Source of the DNA: Clostridia bacterium
Lineage (GTDB): Bacteria; Bacillota; Clostridia; UMGS1883
NCBI GenBank assembly: GCA_017440585.1
Contig: JAFSGW010000017.1
Coordinates: 17,401-81,400 of the forward strand
Direction of reading: 5' to 3'
DNA: 64,000 nucleotides
The stretch's first letter is position 1. Each line of letters starts with the position of its first letter. Shown one piece after another: positions 8,761 to 18,254 of the stretch. Below the pieces are notes generated by a model, which did no database searches, was not told the DNA's origin, and saw only the letters and a list, made by a program, of their open reading frames with translations. The position numbers and the translations under genes were made by a program.

Positions 8761-9333
8761 TTATGCAAGGAATATTTCACGTTTTCTTAAGGATGCACTT
8801 ATGCTTGGAAGAAGGGCGAGGATAAACGCCGCAATTTCCTCAGGGGATTTGTCGAAGCCACACTTTACCCACTGTTCAAGCATTCCCAATACGCCCATGA
8901 ACATAAAGCGGAAGATATAGTCCTTATCCTCTTCGGAAACATTGTCGTGATAGTCGAGCTGGGCAAGTCGCTTTACAGCTACCTCAGAAAAGCGAACACG
9001 GAAGGAGTTATTGAAGTCGGGTCGCATAAGTATTTTAAAAAGCTCGCCGTTTGATTTCATGTAATGAAGAAACTCTGTAAGCCCTTCAACACGATTGCCT
9101 TTTATGCTTACCTTGGCAAGGCAGGTGTTGATTTTTTCAACGCTGTCGTTTTCGATTTCATCGCAAAGAGCAAACTGGTCCACATAGTGCAGATAAAAGG
9201 TGGAGCGGTTAACATCGGCGTTTTCGCAGATTTCCTTAATAGTAATCTTTGGAAGGGGCTTTTCCTTTAAAAGCTCAAGAAGACTTTCCTTGAGAAGTGT
9301 TTTGGTCATGGTAACCCGACGGCTTTCTTTCAT
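8761..9333 (-). CDS. TetR/AcrR family transcriptional regulator
   Basis: N-terminal HTH LKESLLELLKEKPLPKITIKEICENADVNRSTFYLHY; RBS AGGAGA 8 nt upstream of ATG at 9333. Confidence 0.85.
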   Translation of the reverse strand: MKESRRVTMTKTLLKESLLELLKEKPLPKITIKEICENADVNRSTFYLHYVDQFALCDEIENDSVEKINTCLAKVSIKGNRVEGLTEFLHYMKSNGELFKILMRPDFNNSFRVRFSEVAVKRLAQLDYHDNVSEEDKDYIFRFMFMGVLGMLEQWVKCGFDKSPEEIAAFILALLPSISASLRKREIFLA

Positions 9334-9351
9334 GATGATTCTCCTTCTGAG

Positions 9352-9376
9352 TAGACAAAAATATTATAAGTGTCTA
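9352..9376. promoter_or_regulatory. Inverted repeat TAGACA-N13-TGTCTA in the TetR promoter region (candidate autoregulatory operator)
   Basis: Perfect 6-bp arms about 20 nt upstream of the TetR start codon on the minus strand. Confidence 0.4.
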
Positions 9377-9435
9377 TTTTACAACATAAACGCCATAATA
9401 TAAACACAACACAACGAATTTTGAGCATCTGATTG

Positions 9436-9464
9436 TTGTTTTTTCGACACAGTGTCATTATAAT
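9436..9464 (+). promoter_or_regulatory. degV promoter (TTGTTT-17-TATAAT) with palindrome GACAC-A-GTGTC in the spacer
   Basis: Hexamers and the 11-bp palindrome at about 9446-9456 read directly. Confidence 0.45.
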
Positions 9465-9501
9465 ATTTTTAGATTAAAAAGTCAATAAAGGAGATATAAA
9501 A

Positions 9502-10326
9502 ATGAGCTATAGAATTGTTATGGACAGTGCAGGAGAAGTGAATGAAAGGCTTTCTGGCAAGGTTGTAAGCGTGCCTTTGACAGTAAGCATAAACGGCAAG
9601 GATTATATTGCCGACGAGAATATGGACATAGACACCTTCCGCAAGGAGGTAAGAGAGTCGAAGGAGCCACCAAGAAGCTCCTGTCCTTCACCTGATGCCT
9701 TCTGTAATGCTATCGGTGACTGCGACAGAGTGTATATAATTACTATCACAGCGGCACTTTCCGGCTCCTATAACAGTGCAAGACTGGGTCTTCAGATGCA
9801 TCTTGGTGAAAACCCGGGAAAAAAGGGCTATGTTTTCAACTCTCTCAATGCTTCCGGCGGTGAAGCACTTGTGGCGGAAAAAATTATTGAGCTTGAGGAA
9901 AAGGGTCTTGAGTTTGAAGAAATTGTAAAAATCACAGAGGAATATATTCCCACAATTACAACAAACGTTGTGCTCGAGGATTTGAGCGTGCTTTACAAAA
10001 ACGGCAGACTTTCAAAGGTTGCATACGTTGCGACAAGCATTATTGACCTTGTGGCAGTCCTTGGTCTCCGTGAAGGTGAGCTTGTAAAAATTGCTCAGGC
10101 AAGGGGCGTTAAGAGGGCTATAGCAAAGCTCACGGAAACAGCCATTGCCGATATTAAGGAAAGAGGCATTAAAAAGATTACCATTACACACTCTGCGGCA
10201 CCTGAAAGGGCAGAGGCTTTAAAGGCGGCACTTGAAAAAGAAGTAGAGGCAGATATAGTAATTGTGCCTACAGGCGGTCTCATAAGCATGTATGCAGGAG
10301 AAAAGGGTCTTGTAATAAGTTATTAA
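9502..10326 (+). CDS. DegV family fatty-acid-binding protein (FakB-like)
   Basis: MSYRIVMDSAGEV..., YIITITAALSGSYNSARLG, 274 aa, typical DegV/EDD fold family. Confidence 0.8.
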   Translation: MSYRIVMDSAGEVNERLSGKVVSVPLTVSINGKDYIADENMDIDTFRKEVRESKEPPRSSCPSPDAFCNAIGDCDRVYIITITAALSGSYNSARLGLQMHLGENPGKKGYVFNSLNASGGEALVAEKIIELEEKGLEFEEIVKITEEYIPTITTNVVLEDLSVLYKNGRLSKVAYVATSIIDLVAVLGLREGELVKIAQARGVKRAIAKLTETAIADIKERGIKKITITHSAAPERAEALKAALEKEVEADIVIVPTGGLISMYAGEKGLVISY

Positions 10327-10331
10327 TATCG

Positions 10332-10368
10332 AAAGCGACATCTTACTGAAAAGATGTCGCTTTTATTT
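10332..10368 (+). terminator. Rho-independent terminator after degV
   Basis: AAGCGACATCTT / AAGATGTCGCTT stem followed by TTTTATTTG. Confidence 0.8.
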
Positions 10369-10369
10369 G

Positions 10370-10398
10370 TTTACACAAAGAGAAATTCCTTCTATAAT
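10370..10398 (+). promoter_or_regulatory. Sigma-A type promoter (TTTACA-17-TATAAT) for the CAZyme island
   Basis: Near-consensus hexamers with 17-nt spacer about 25 nt upstream of ATG 10424. Confidence 0.5.
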
Positions 10399-10423
10399 AG
10401 TATTAAAGAATGGGGGAGTTTTT

Positions 10424-13400
10424 ATGAAAAAGTTTATATCGATTGTTCTGGCGGGAATAATGTGTACAGGAGCTATACCTGCAATAGCAATGGAGGCTGA
10501 TAATGTGACGGAAAATATTATTTATGTATCCCAAACAGGCTTGGATACAAACGAAGGCAGCTTTGAAAAACCGGTGCAGTCACTTAATGTTGCCCGTGAC
10601 ATGGCAAGAGAAATGGAAGGCGAGGTGGAGATTGTTCTTCGTGGCGGCGAATATGTTCTCGAAGAAACTCTCACACTTGATAAAAGAGACAGCAACGTAA
10701 AGTGGAAAAGCTATGAGGGCGAGATCGCCATTGTTACAAGTGCCCGTGATATAACAGACTGGACAATTCATGATGAAGAGAAAAACATTTATAAAGCAGA
10801 GCTTGAGGAAGGCTTTATGACACGTCAGGTGTATTTTAACGGCGAAAAGGCGAAGAGAAGCAGAAGCATTTCCTACAAGGGTGGCTACAGCAACCTTGAC
10901 CGCACCTGCGAATTGGGCTTAAGGTCGCGTAACAGCAGAGAATTTTATTTTTACCGTAATGAGGTAGATAACTGGAACAATTTTGAGGATGTTGAAATAC
11001 ATCTTCTTTCCGCATGGGTTGACAATGTTTTCAGACTTAAAAAGTATGATGGCGAAAAGAACTTTTCGGAAACCACTGTTGATAACGGAGGAAGTGAGGG
11101 TGTAGTTTCTGCTGCTGCGGTAAAAATTCAGGATATTGAAGCAGAAAGAATTTTTAACCGTGCTCACCCCGACCTTACGGGTACAACACGCGGTTATGCA
11201 TCCAGAAGCTATTATTACTTTGAAAACGCCTACGAGTTTATTGATGAGGACCTGGAGTGGTATATTGATAAGCATACAGATACCATTTATTTCAAGGCTC
11301 CTTCGGGCGTTGATATGAACAAGGCAAGAATTACTGTGCCTACATTGGAAACCCTTATCAATATTGAAGGCGACAAGGAAAACAAAGCCGAAAATATTAC
11401 CTTTGAAAACATTACATTTGAATGCACAACATGGACACTCCCCGGTGAGGAAGGTCTTGTTGGGGCTCAGGCGTGCCAGTACACATTAACTACAACATTG
11501 GACAATAAAACAACAGTGTATCATATTCCTGCGGGCTTTTATGCCACATATGCGGATAACCTCCTTGTGAAAGGCTGTACCTTCCGCAAAATGGGTGCGA
11601 TGGGGCTTGACTATTATGAAGGTGTGACAAACAGCAATATTTTTGAAAACGAGGTTTATGATGTTGCGGCAACGGGTATTTCAATTGCCAAGTTCGTGCA
11701 GGACGAAAAAACGGAGTATCACACTGCTTATAACCCCTCAGATAAAAGAGAAATCACAAAAAACATTAATGTTATAAATAATAAGGTGCATCATATAGGC
11801 ACAGAATACGAGGGGGCTGTAGGTATTGCGGCAGGCTATCCCGAGCATATTATAATTGCACATAACGACATTCATAATGTGCCTTATTCTGGTATTTCCG
11901 TAGGCTTTGGCTGGTCTGATGCAGATAATGCCATGAAGCACAATATGATTTTTGCAAACAAGCTTGTTTCTTTGGGTGAGGTGCTTTGTGACTTTGGCGG
12001 TATTTACACTCTTTCAAAACAGCCCGGCAGTGTTTGTGCACGTAACTTTATGGATAATATAAAGAGAAAGGCATGGTTTGACTATGCCTATGCGGCAATG
12101 TATTTTGACGAGCAGACAGAAGGATATGTAATTGAAGACAACCTTTTGGTGAACATTGGCTCCGATGCATGGGGCGGTGGAATTAATTTCAATGGCTGTA
12201 AGAGCAAAAATACCCTCAGGACAAATTATGTAAATAAACCGATTGATACAAACGAAACAACACTTGCAGTATATAATGAGGCAGGTGTGCAATCTGTTGA
12301 AAGTGATGTGCTTGTAAAGGAAGCAGAGGAATACCTTGATAAAATAATAAACCCCGAGGAGCCCTATGACGAAGCAGATTATATGGTGCACAGAGAAATT
12401 ATGCCCATAAAGGCTACTGCAACAAGGGCAGATAGCGGAAGTGATGCATCCTATGCAATTGATAGAAACGGAAACACATCCTATAAGCTTTCCGGGCAGA
12501 CAGCAGAGAGTGCAAAAAATGAATATCTCTTAATTGAGCTTGACGGTAAGAGTGTTGTTGACAGCATTGTGATTGATAAAGAATATCATGCAGGCGGTAT
12601 TAATGAATATGACTACTGGGCAGACTGGTGTATGGCGGTAGGCTGTGAGCTTCAGGGCTCTGTGGATGGTACAACGTGGAAAACAATAGGTGTTATGAAT
12701 ACCTGGCCCGACGGTGTGACAGAGCCTGAAAGTGAGGTGTTTAACCTTGCAGAGCCTATGGCGTATAAGTACATAAGATACATCAGAACAACCGTTAAAA
12801 AGAGCGGTGATTACGGCTACTGGCTCTGGAGCTCTTCTGACGGAGGAAACCGTTTGAACATAAAAGAAATTAGCTTCTTTGGTTCAGTACCCTCCACAAG
12901 GCTTGAACCGATTAACGTAACTGCAACGGGCTGTGACGAAGACAGCGACCCTTCCTATGCAACAGACGGAAACCATAAAACCGTGTATACCCTTTCAAAT
13001 CAGACAGCTGACAGCATGAAGGATGAGTACCTTCTTCTTGAGCTTGACGGAAAGAGAACAGTTGACAAGATAATTATCCGCAGACAGTTTAATGCGGCAA
13101 ACGGCACGGTGAATAACTACTGGTATGACTGGGGTCTTGCGGTAGGCTGTGAGCTTCAGGGTTCCTTTGACGGTGAACAATGGGAGACAATTGCAGTTAT
13201 GAACACCTGGCCTGACGGAAAGGGAGAAACAACCAAGGAGGTATTTGAGCTTCAAAAGCCTGCTAAGTATAAATATGTGAGATACATAAGAACAAAGTAC
13301 AAAACAGGCAGTGATTACCTTGTATGGCTCTGGAAAAATACCGATGGAGGAAACAGACTGAATGTTAAGGAAATTGAGCTTTATTCAGCCCAGAGACCGG

Positions 13401-13663
13401 GAATTTCCTCTGTTAATGAGGAAGGAAAAGAAATTAAGGTAGAGCTTGAAAATGTTTTTGAAGCAAAGGGTGTGCTCTGTGTAGCCTTCTATAATGAGGA
13501 TGAGCTTTTGAATGCGGAAACAAAAATGGTTGAAGAAGGAAAGACAGAGTATTACTTTAAAAAGGCAGATGGGGCAAAGAAAATCAAGGCAATGATAATT
13601 GACCTTGAAAAGGCGGAGCCCCTTTGTGAGTGTAAGATAGCGAGCGAGGAGGAAATAAAATGA
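10424..13663 (+). CDS. Secreted right-handed beta-helix protein (probable glycoside hydrolase/lyase) with two F5/8 type C (discoidin, CBM32-like) modules
   Basis: Signal peptide MKKFISIVLAGIMCTGAIPAIA; parallel beta-helix repeat signatures (NNKVHHIGTEYEGAVGIAAG, IIIAHNDIHNVPYSGISVGFGWS); two about 160-aa modules sharing ...ATDGN...EYLL(I/L)ELDG...AVGCELQGS...YIRYIRT...GGNRLN(I/V)KEI; start chosen at the internal M with RBS GGGGGAG. Confidence 0.7.
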   Translation: MKKFISIVLAGIMCTGAIPAIAMEADNVTENIIYVSQTGLDTNEGSFEKPVQSLNVARDMAREMEGEVEIVLRGGEYVLEETLTLDKRDSNVKWKSYEGEIAIVTSARDITDWTIHDEEKNIYKAELEEGFMTRQVYFNGEKAKRSRSISYKGGYSNLDRTCELGLRSRNSREFYFYRNEVDNWNNFEDVEIHLLSAWVDNVFRLKKYDGEKNFSETTVDNGGSEGVVSAAAVKIQDIEAERIFNRAHPDLTGTTRGYASRSYYYFENAYEFIDEDLEWYIDKHTDTIYFKAPSGVDMNKARITVPTLETLINIEGDKENKAENITFENITFECTTWTLPGEEGLVGAQACQYTLTTTLDNKTTVYHIPAGFYATYADNLLVKGCTFRKMGAMGLDYYEGVTNSNIFENEVYDVAATGISIAKFVQDEKTEYHTAYNPSDKREITKNINVINNKVHHIGTEYEGAVGIAAGYPEHIIIAHNDIHNVPYSGISVGFGWSDADNAMKHNMIFANKLVSLGEVLCDFGGIYTLSKQPGSVCARNFMDNIKRKAWFDYAYAAMYFDEQTEGYVIEDNLLVNIGSDAWGGGINFNGCKSKNTLRTNYVNKPIDTNETTLAVYNEAGVQSVESDVLVKEAEEYLDKIINPEEPYDEADYMVHREIMPIKATATRADSGSDASYAIDRNGNTSYKLSGQTAESAKNEYLLIELDGKSVVDSIVIDKEYHAGGINEYDYWADWCMAVGCELQGSVDGTTWKTIGVMNTWPDGVTEPESEVFNLAEPMAYKYIRYIRTTVKKSGDYGYWLWSSSDGGNRLNIKEISFFGSVPSTRLEPINVTATGCDEDSDPSYATDGNHKTVYTLSNQTADSMKDEYLLLELDGKRTVDKIIIRRQFNAANGTVNNYWYDWGLAVGCELQGSFDGEQWETIAVMNTWPDGKGETTKEVFELQKPAKYKYVRYIRTKYKTGSDYLVWLWKNTDGGNRLNVKEIELYSAQRPGISSVNEEGKEIKVELENVFEAKGVLCVAFYNEDELLNAETKMVEEGKTEYYFKKADGAKKIKAMIIDLEKAEPLCECKIASEEEIK

Positions 13664-16600
13664 AACGAATAGTTTCTGTTATACTGGCAGGAATGCTGAC
13701 ACTTTCGTGCATTCCAATGATTGCAAACGGAGCTGGTACTGACATGAAGCCTTATAAAAAAGGTAATTTTGTAAATAGCTATAATCCGATTATAAGCCGT
13801 ATGGTAAACAGCGGGACCCGTGCATGGCGTGACGGTATGATTTCGGGCAACGGCAGGACGGGTTATGTTACAAGCGGTGAGCCTTATTCCGATGCATTTA
13901 TATTTCAGAATATATTCTTTAACTTTCCCACAAATCAGCCCAGATACACACCCACGGAGCTGACGGGACAGCTTGAAGAAGCAAGAGAGAATGTCTTTAA
14001 CCTTAACGATGACTGGAAAATAAAGGATCAGTATGGTAACACGAGAAAGAGAACCTTCTTTTATTCCTACCATCCGGGGGCACAGCTCCGCCTTACAAGC
14101 AGCTATAAGGACACGGAGAAGGACTATATCCGCTGGACAAACTACGAAACTGCGGAAACGGGCGTTAAGTTTACAGATAAGTACGGCACATGGGAAAGGG
14201 TGAGTTTTACATCACGCCCCGATGATGTGACAGTTACAAAAATGGAAAAGTCCTCGGAAGGAGAGCTTGTCAACATGACCGTTTCCATAGACGATATTGA
14301 AACTATGGCAAAGGGCTGGGACGGTTTTTCTGAAATAAGCCGTATGAAGTACAAAAAAATCGTACCCGATGACTGTTCATATATTGCTCAGTTTGCAAAA
14401 TACCCTGCATACAGCGGAAGTGAGCTGTACGACGGCGGTTATGCCACTGTTACGTACATTATTGCAGAGGGTAAGGATGCAAAGAAAACAAGGGTTGAAA
14501 CTGCAAACAATGAGTCCTATTTCACGGGCAAAAACTATGCGGTAAAAATTGAAAACGCTGAAGCGGTTTACCTTATTACTGCGGTGGACAGAACCTTTAA
14601 TATGACAGGTCAGTCCACGGGCGATGTTATGACAAAATTTGTGAATATGACAAGTTACCCCTTCCTTGACGAAATGGTTGAAAAGCTTGAGGACGTTAAG
14701 GAAAAGTACACGGAAGATGGAAGCTTCAGCTACGAAAAAATACTTGAGCCTTCTGCAAAAATACAAAGTGAGGCTATTAATAATGTGAGCTTTGAGCTTG
14801 CAGGTGATGAGGAGTATGCATCCTACGATAATAATGCACTCATAGGTGTACAACGGGGTACCAGTGGCAGAATAAACCACGAATTTATGCGCCGTGCATA
14901 TGACCAGGCACGCTACGCCCAGGTATGTTGCGGCGGCAGTGCTGCACCAAGACTTTACGGCATGTGGTGCGGTGAATGGAACCCCGGCTGGAGAAGTATA
15001 TATACCCTTGATGCAAACGTTAATTTGCAGACAAGTGCCATGAACACAGGTAACCTTGATGGTAACTTCCAGTACGGCTACATTACATATTTCCTTCGTC
15101 ACAGCCCCGACTTTATGGAAAATGCACGTATGGCATACGGAATGCATGATGCCATTCAGCTCAGTGTTAATACCGATGCTGACAGAGCAATGCACGTTGA
15201 GTACGATAATGCATACCCATTCCAGTACTGGAATGCAGGTGCAAGCTGGTGCTTGCTTCCCATTTTTGAATACTGGCAGTGCTACGGAAACCGGCAGATA
15301 GCAATTAACGAGGATATGCGATTTGAAAACCTTCAGCACGTTTTGGGCGTGAATGACGGTGGACTTACTGATGAGGAATATAATGAAATAAAAGAGCGGG
15401 GCTATCTTGACCTTGAGAAGGACATTTTGTTGCCTCTTCTTACAAAGCAGGCAAACTACTGGGAACAGATTGTAACGCCCAGATATTATACCGACGTTAA
15501 CGGCAAAGCCTGCCACGATGAAAATAAAACAGAATTACTTCCCGGCGAAAAGTATATAATTATACCTACATATTCCCCCGAAAACCATCCTATCGGTTAC
15601 TACAGCACACTTACTGCAAATGCCACCATGGACATTGCGGCAGCACGTGACGGTCTTGATATGGTATGTGCACTTGAAGAAGCTGTAGGAAGAGAGGGCT
15701 GGGAGGACCAGGTTGAAAGATGGCAGAGCCTTAAGGAAAAAATTGCAGACTACAAAACAGATACCGACGGTGCACTCCGTGAGTGGGCAATGGAGGAATA
15801 TCAGGAGAATAACAACCACCGTCACTTAAGCCATCTTTACGTTGCATGGCCAGGATATGATACACAGAATAATCCTGAGTTGGCAAAAGCGGCGAACAAG
15901 GCGCTTGACAACCGCCGTAAATATAATACGGGCGATGCAACAGCGGGTCACGGCTGGATGCATCAGGCTCTTGTTGAAGCACGCTTGAAGCGTGGCGACG
16001 GTATGGTAAGCTCGCTCTTAAAGATGATGAACGGCTCTGCTTATTATTCATCCATGATGACGGACCATGATACAAACAGACGAAATGATACTTATTGTAC
16101 AGATACAGCCTTTGGTACACTTGCTGCAATTAATGAAGCTATGGCATTTTCCTATACGGGACAGATTGAAATACTGCCTGCACTGCCAAAGGAATGGACA
16201 AAGGGCAGTGTTAAGGGGCTTATGGCAAGATGCCGTGTGGAAATTGCCGATATTACATGGGATATTGAAGAACGTGAAGCCTCGGCAACACTTGTTTCCT
16301 CTGAGGATGACAATGTAGTAAAGCTTTCCTCCGGTGAAGCATGGAAAAAGGCAGCAATAAACGGCGAAGAGCTTGAAATTATGCATGGTGAAAGCGGAAA
16401 CTATGTTGAACTTACACTTTCAAAGGATGAAAGCGTGACAGTTGAATTTACCCTTTCAGATGCACCCGACGGCACATACACAATTACAGAGGACGGACAA
16501 TATATGCAGATTTCTGCATATGAAAACGGAAGTGCTCTTACATTTGGTGCTCTTAATGATAAGGCATACTGGGATGTAACAAATACAGATGACGGTTATA

Positions 16601-18219
16601 TCCTTATAAGAAGCACAGCAACAGGTAAATACGTTACAGATGAAAACGGCGTGCTTGTACAGACGAACTATACGGGTGAAGACAACCAGAAGTGGCTTCC
16701 TGAAGATTTCTCAATGACAAGGCTGACAGAATACAGAGAGGTTAACGTTACCCCCGACAGAGTTATTATTACAGCGGATGGTGAAGAGATTGAAAGCCTT
16801 ACAATGGAGGAAGGGGAAACGGTTACTCTTTCTGCAAAAGTTGAGCCTGAGGATGCTTCGGCAACAATTATATGGGCATCGGACAGCATAGGAAGCGGTG
16901 TTGTATTAACAGGTGGCAAGCTTACTGCATATGCACCGGGTAATTTCAATGTTACTGCAACAACTACCACTGGCTATGTGTGCTCACTTCCCGTAAAGGT
17001 TGAGGGAAATGCACGTGATGTCGTTAAGGCAGAGGTAAGTGGCTTTACAAGTGCAGATAACGGCTATAATGGAGATTGGGTACCACAGAATGTGCTTGAC
17101 GGTAAAACGGGTTCGGCATATGCATCAAAGGACGATGGTGCAGTGAAGTATATTGAATTTGAGCTTGAAAAAGAAACTGCAGTTGAGCTTATGTATGTGA
17201 CAGGCAGATTTACGGGTGCTGACGGTGAAGGTGCTTATGCAAAGAGAATTAACGGAGCGAAGATGTATGCTTCCGACAAGCCCTTCGGCAAGAATGTTGC
17301 GAATGCAGTTCTTGTAGGCGAAGTAAGCGGTGTTACCGCAACAAGTGCATATGTTCCTGCCCGTGTCGAAATCAACACAAGAGGCGAAAAGTATAAGTAT
17401 TATACCCTTTATTTTGACACTGTGAACAACGGAAGCAATATTTCACTTGCACTTGATGATATTGCCTTCTATACGGGCGGAAAAAGCTTTGTAGAGAAGC
17501 TTAACCCAATTGTTACTGCAAAGGGAGGAGCAAATCCTTCATATGCAACAGACGGCAATGTGGCTACTATGTTCAGTATTGAAACACAGACAAATTACCC
17601 TAATGAATACATTCAGTTTGAATTGAACGGCATTGCTCCCGTGAATAAAATTGTTGTAAAGAAGGGACTGCTTCCCTTAGGTGGAGTAACCAACTACTGG
17701 GGAGACCATGCATATGCATCGGGCTGTGTGCTTGAAGGAAGCCTTGACGGCATTGAGTGGGAAACCATTTACACGATGACTAAACGCCCCGACGGTACAG
17801 ACAATCAGAGTGAAATTGTTATAACCCCCGAAAACCCCGTGGCTTACAGGTATATCCGCTATATCCGAAAGGAAAGCAACAGTTATATCGGTTGGGCTTC
17901 AAACGGCGGAAACAAGCTTATACTTGCGGATATTGAGTTTTATACAATAAGTGCAGACGTTGAAACAGAGGTTGTAAAAAAGGAGAATAAAGCCGTTACA
18001 ATAAGAGCTAAAAGTAACACAGACGGACAGTTCAGCCTTATTACGGCAGTTTTCGATACTGAAGAAAGACTTGTTGAGGTTGTGACAACACCTTTAAGCT
18101 TAATTGCAGAAACCCCGAAGGAGGTTACTGTTCCCGTAACAAAGGAAGGTAATATAAAGGTTTTTACCTGGGGGAGTAATATGCTCCCCGTAGCAGATAA
18201 AATAAATGTGGAAAAATAG
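13660..18219 (+). CDS. Secreted GH95-family glycoside hydrolase (alpha-L-fucosidase/alpha-L-galactosidase type) with Big_2, ricin-type beta-trefoil and discoidin (CBM32-like) modules
   Basis: Signal peptide MKRIVSVILAGMLTLSCIPMIANGAG; GH95 motifs MWCGEWNPGW...NVNLQTSAMN, HRHLSHLYVAWPG, GHGWMHQALVEARLKRGDG, LPALPKEWTKGSVKGLMARCRVEIADITW; QKW-containing ricin-like module; BIG2-like VTLSAKVEPEDASATIIWASDS; discoidin module with YIRYIR. Confidence 0.8.
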   Translation: MKRIVSVILAGMLTLSCIPMIANGAGTDMKPYKKGNFVNSYNPIISRMVNSGTRAWRDGMISGNGRTGYVTSGEPYSDAFIFQNIFFNFPTNQPRYTPTELTGQLEEARENVFNLNDDWKIKDQYGNTRKRTFFYSYHPGAQLRLTSSYKDTEKDYIRWTNYETAETGVKFTDKYGTWERVSFTSRPDDVTVTKMEKSSEGELVNMTVSIDDIETMAKGWDGFSEISRMKYKKIVPDDCSYIAQFAKYPAYSGSELYDGGYATVTYIIAEGKDAKKTRVETANNESYFTGKNYAVKIENAEAVYLITAVDRTFNMTGQSTGDVMTKFVNMTSYPFLDEMVEKLEDVKEKYTEDGSFSYEKILEPSAKIQSEAINNVSFELAGDEEYASYDNNALIGVQRGTSGRINHEFMRRAYDQARYAQVCCGGSAAPRLYGMWCGEWNPGWRSIYTLDANVNLQTSAMNTGNLDGNFQYGYITYFLRHSPDFMENARMAYGMHDAIQLSVNTDADRAMHVEYDNAYPFQYWNAGASWCLLPIFEYWQCYGNRQIAINEDMRFENLQHVLGVNDGGLTDEEYNEIKERGYLDLEKDILLPLLTKQANYWEQIVTPRYYTDVNGKACHDENKTELLPGEKYIIIPTYSPENHPIGYYSTLTANATMDIAAARDGLDMVCALEEAVGREGWEDQVERWQSLKEKIADYKTDTDGALREWAMEEYQENNNHRHLSHLYVAWPGYDTQNNPELAKAANKALDNRRKYNTGDATAGHGWMHQALVEARLKRGDGMVSSLLKMMNGSAYYSSMMTDHDTNRRNDTYCTDTAFGTLAAINEAMAFSYTGQIEILPALPKEWTKGSVKGLMARCRVEIADITWDIEEREASATLVSSEDDNVVKLSSGEAWKKAAINGEELEIMHGESGNYVELTLSKDESVTVEFTLSDAPDGTYTITEDGQYMQISAYENGSALTFGALNDKAYWDVTNTDDGYILIRSTATGKYVTDENGVLVQTNYTGEDNQKWLPEDFSMTRLTEYREVNVTPDRVIITADGEEIESLTMEEGETVTLSAKVEPEDASATIIWASDSIGSGVVLTGGKLTAYAPGNFNVTATTTTGYVCSLPVKVEGNARDVVKAEVSGFTSADNGYNGDWVPQNVLDGKTGSAYASKDDGAVKYIEFELEKETAVELMYVTGRFTGADGEGAYAKRINGAKMYASDKPFGKNVANAVLVGEVSGVTATSAYVPARVEINTRGEKYKYYTLYFDTVNNGSNISLALDDIAFYTGGKSFVEKLNPIVTAKGGANPSYATDGNVATMFSIETQTNYPNEYIQFELNGIAPVNKIVVKKGLLPLGGVTNYWGDHAYASGCVLEGSLDGIEWETIYTMTKRPDGTDNQSEIVITPENPVAYRYIRYIRKESNSYIGWASNGGNKLILADIEFYTISADVETEVVKKENKAVTIRAKSNTDGQFSLITAVFDTEERLVEVVTTPLSLIAETPKEVTVPVTKEGNIKVFTWGSNMLPVADKINVEK

Positions 18220-18254
18220 CAATATGTGAGGTATAATGTATCTGAGGTGGTTTT

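Noticed and set aside
8580-8780. Minus-strand 66-aa Cys/Ser/Gly-rich ORF
   Set aside because: Antisense of the A-rich N/Q micro-ORF region. It has no RBS and runs through the terminator hairpin.
14377-15516. 379-aa minus-strand ORF inside the GH95 gene (and similar long antisense ORFs at 12014..12391, 22453..23010, 34509..35129, 41052..41588, 42597..43190)
   Set aside because: The sense strands carry strong family motifs. The antisense translations are Cys/Ile/Leu-rich low-complexity sequences typical of shadow ORFs in AT-rich coding DNA.
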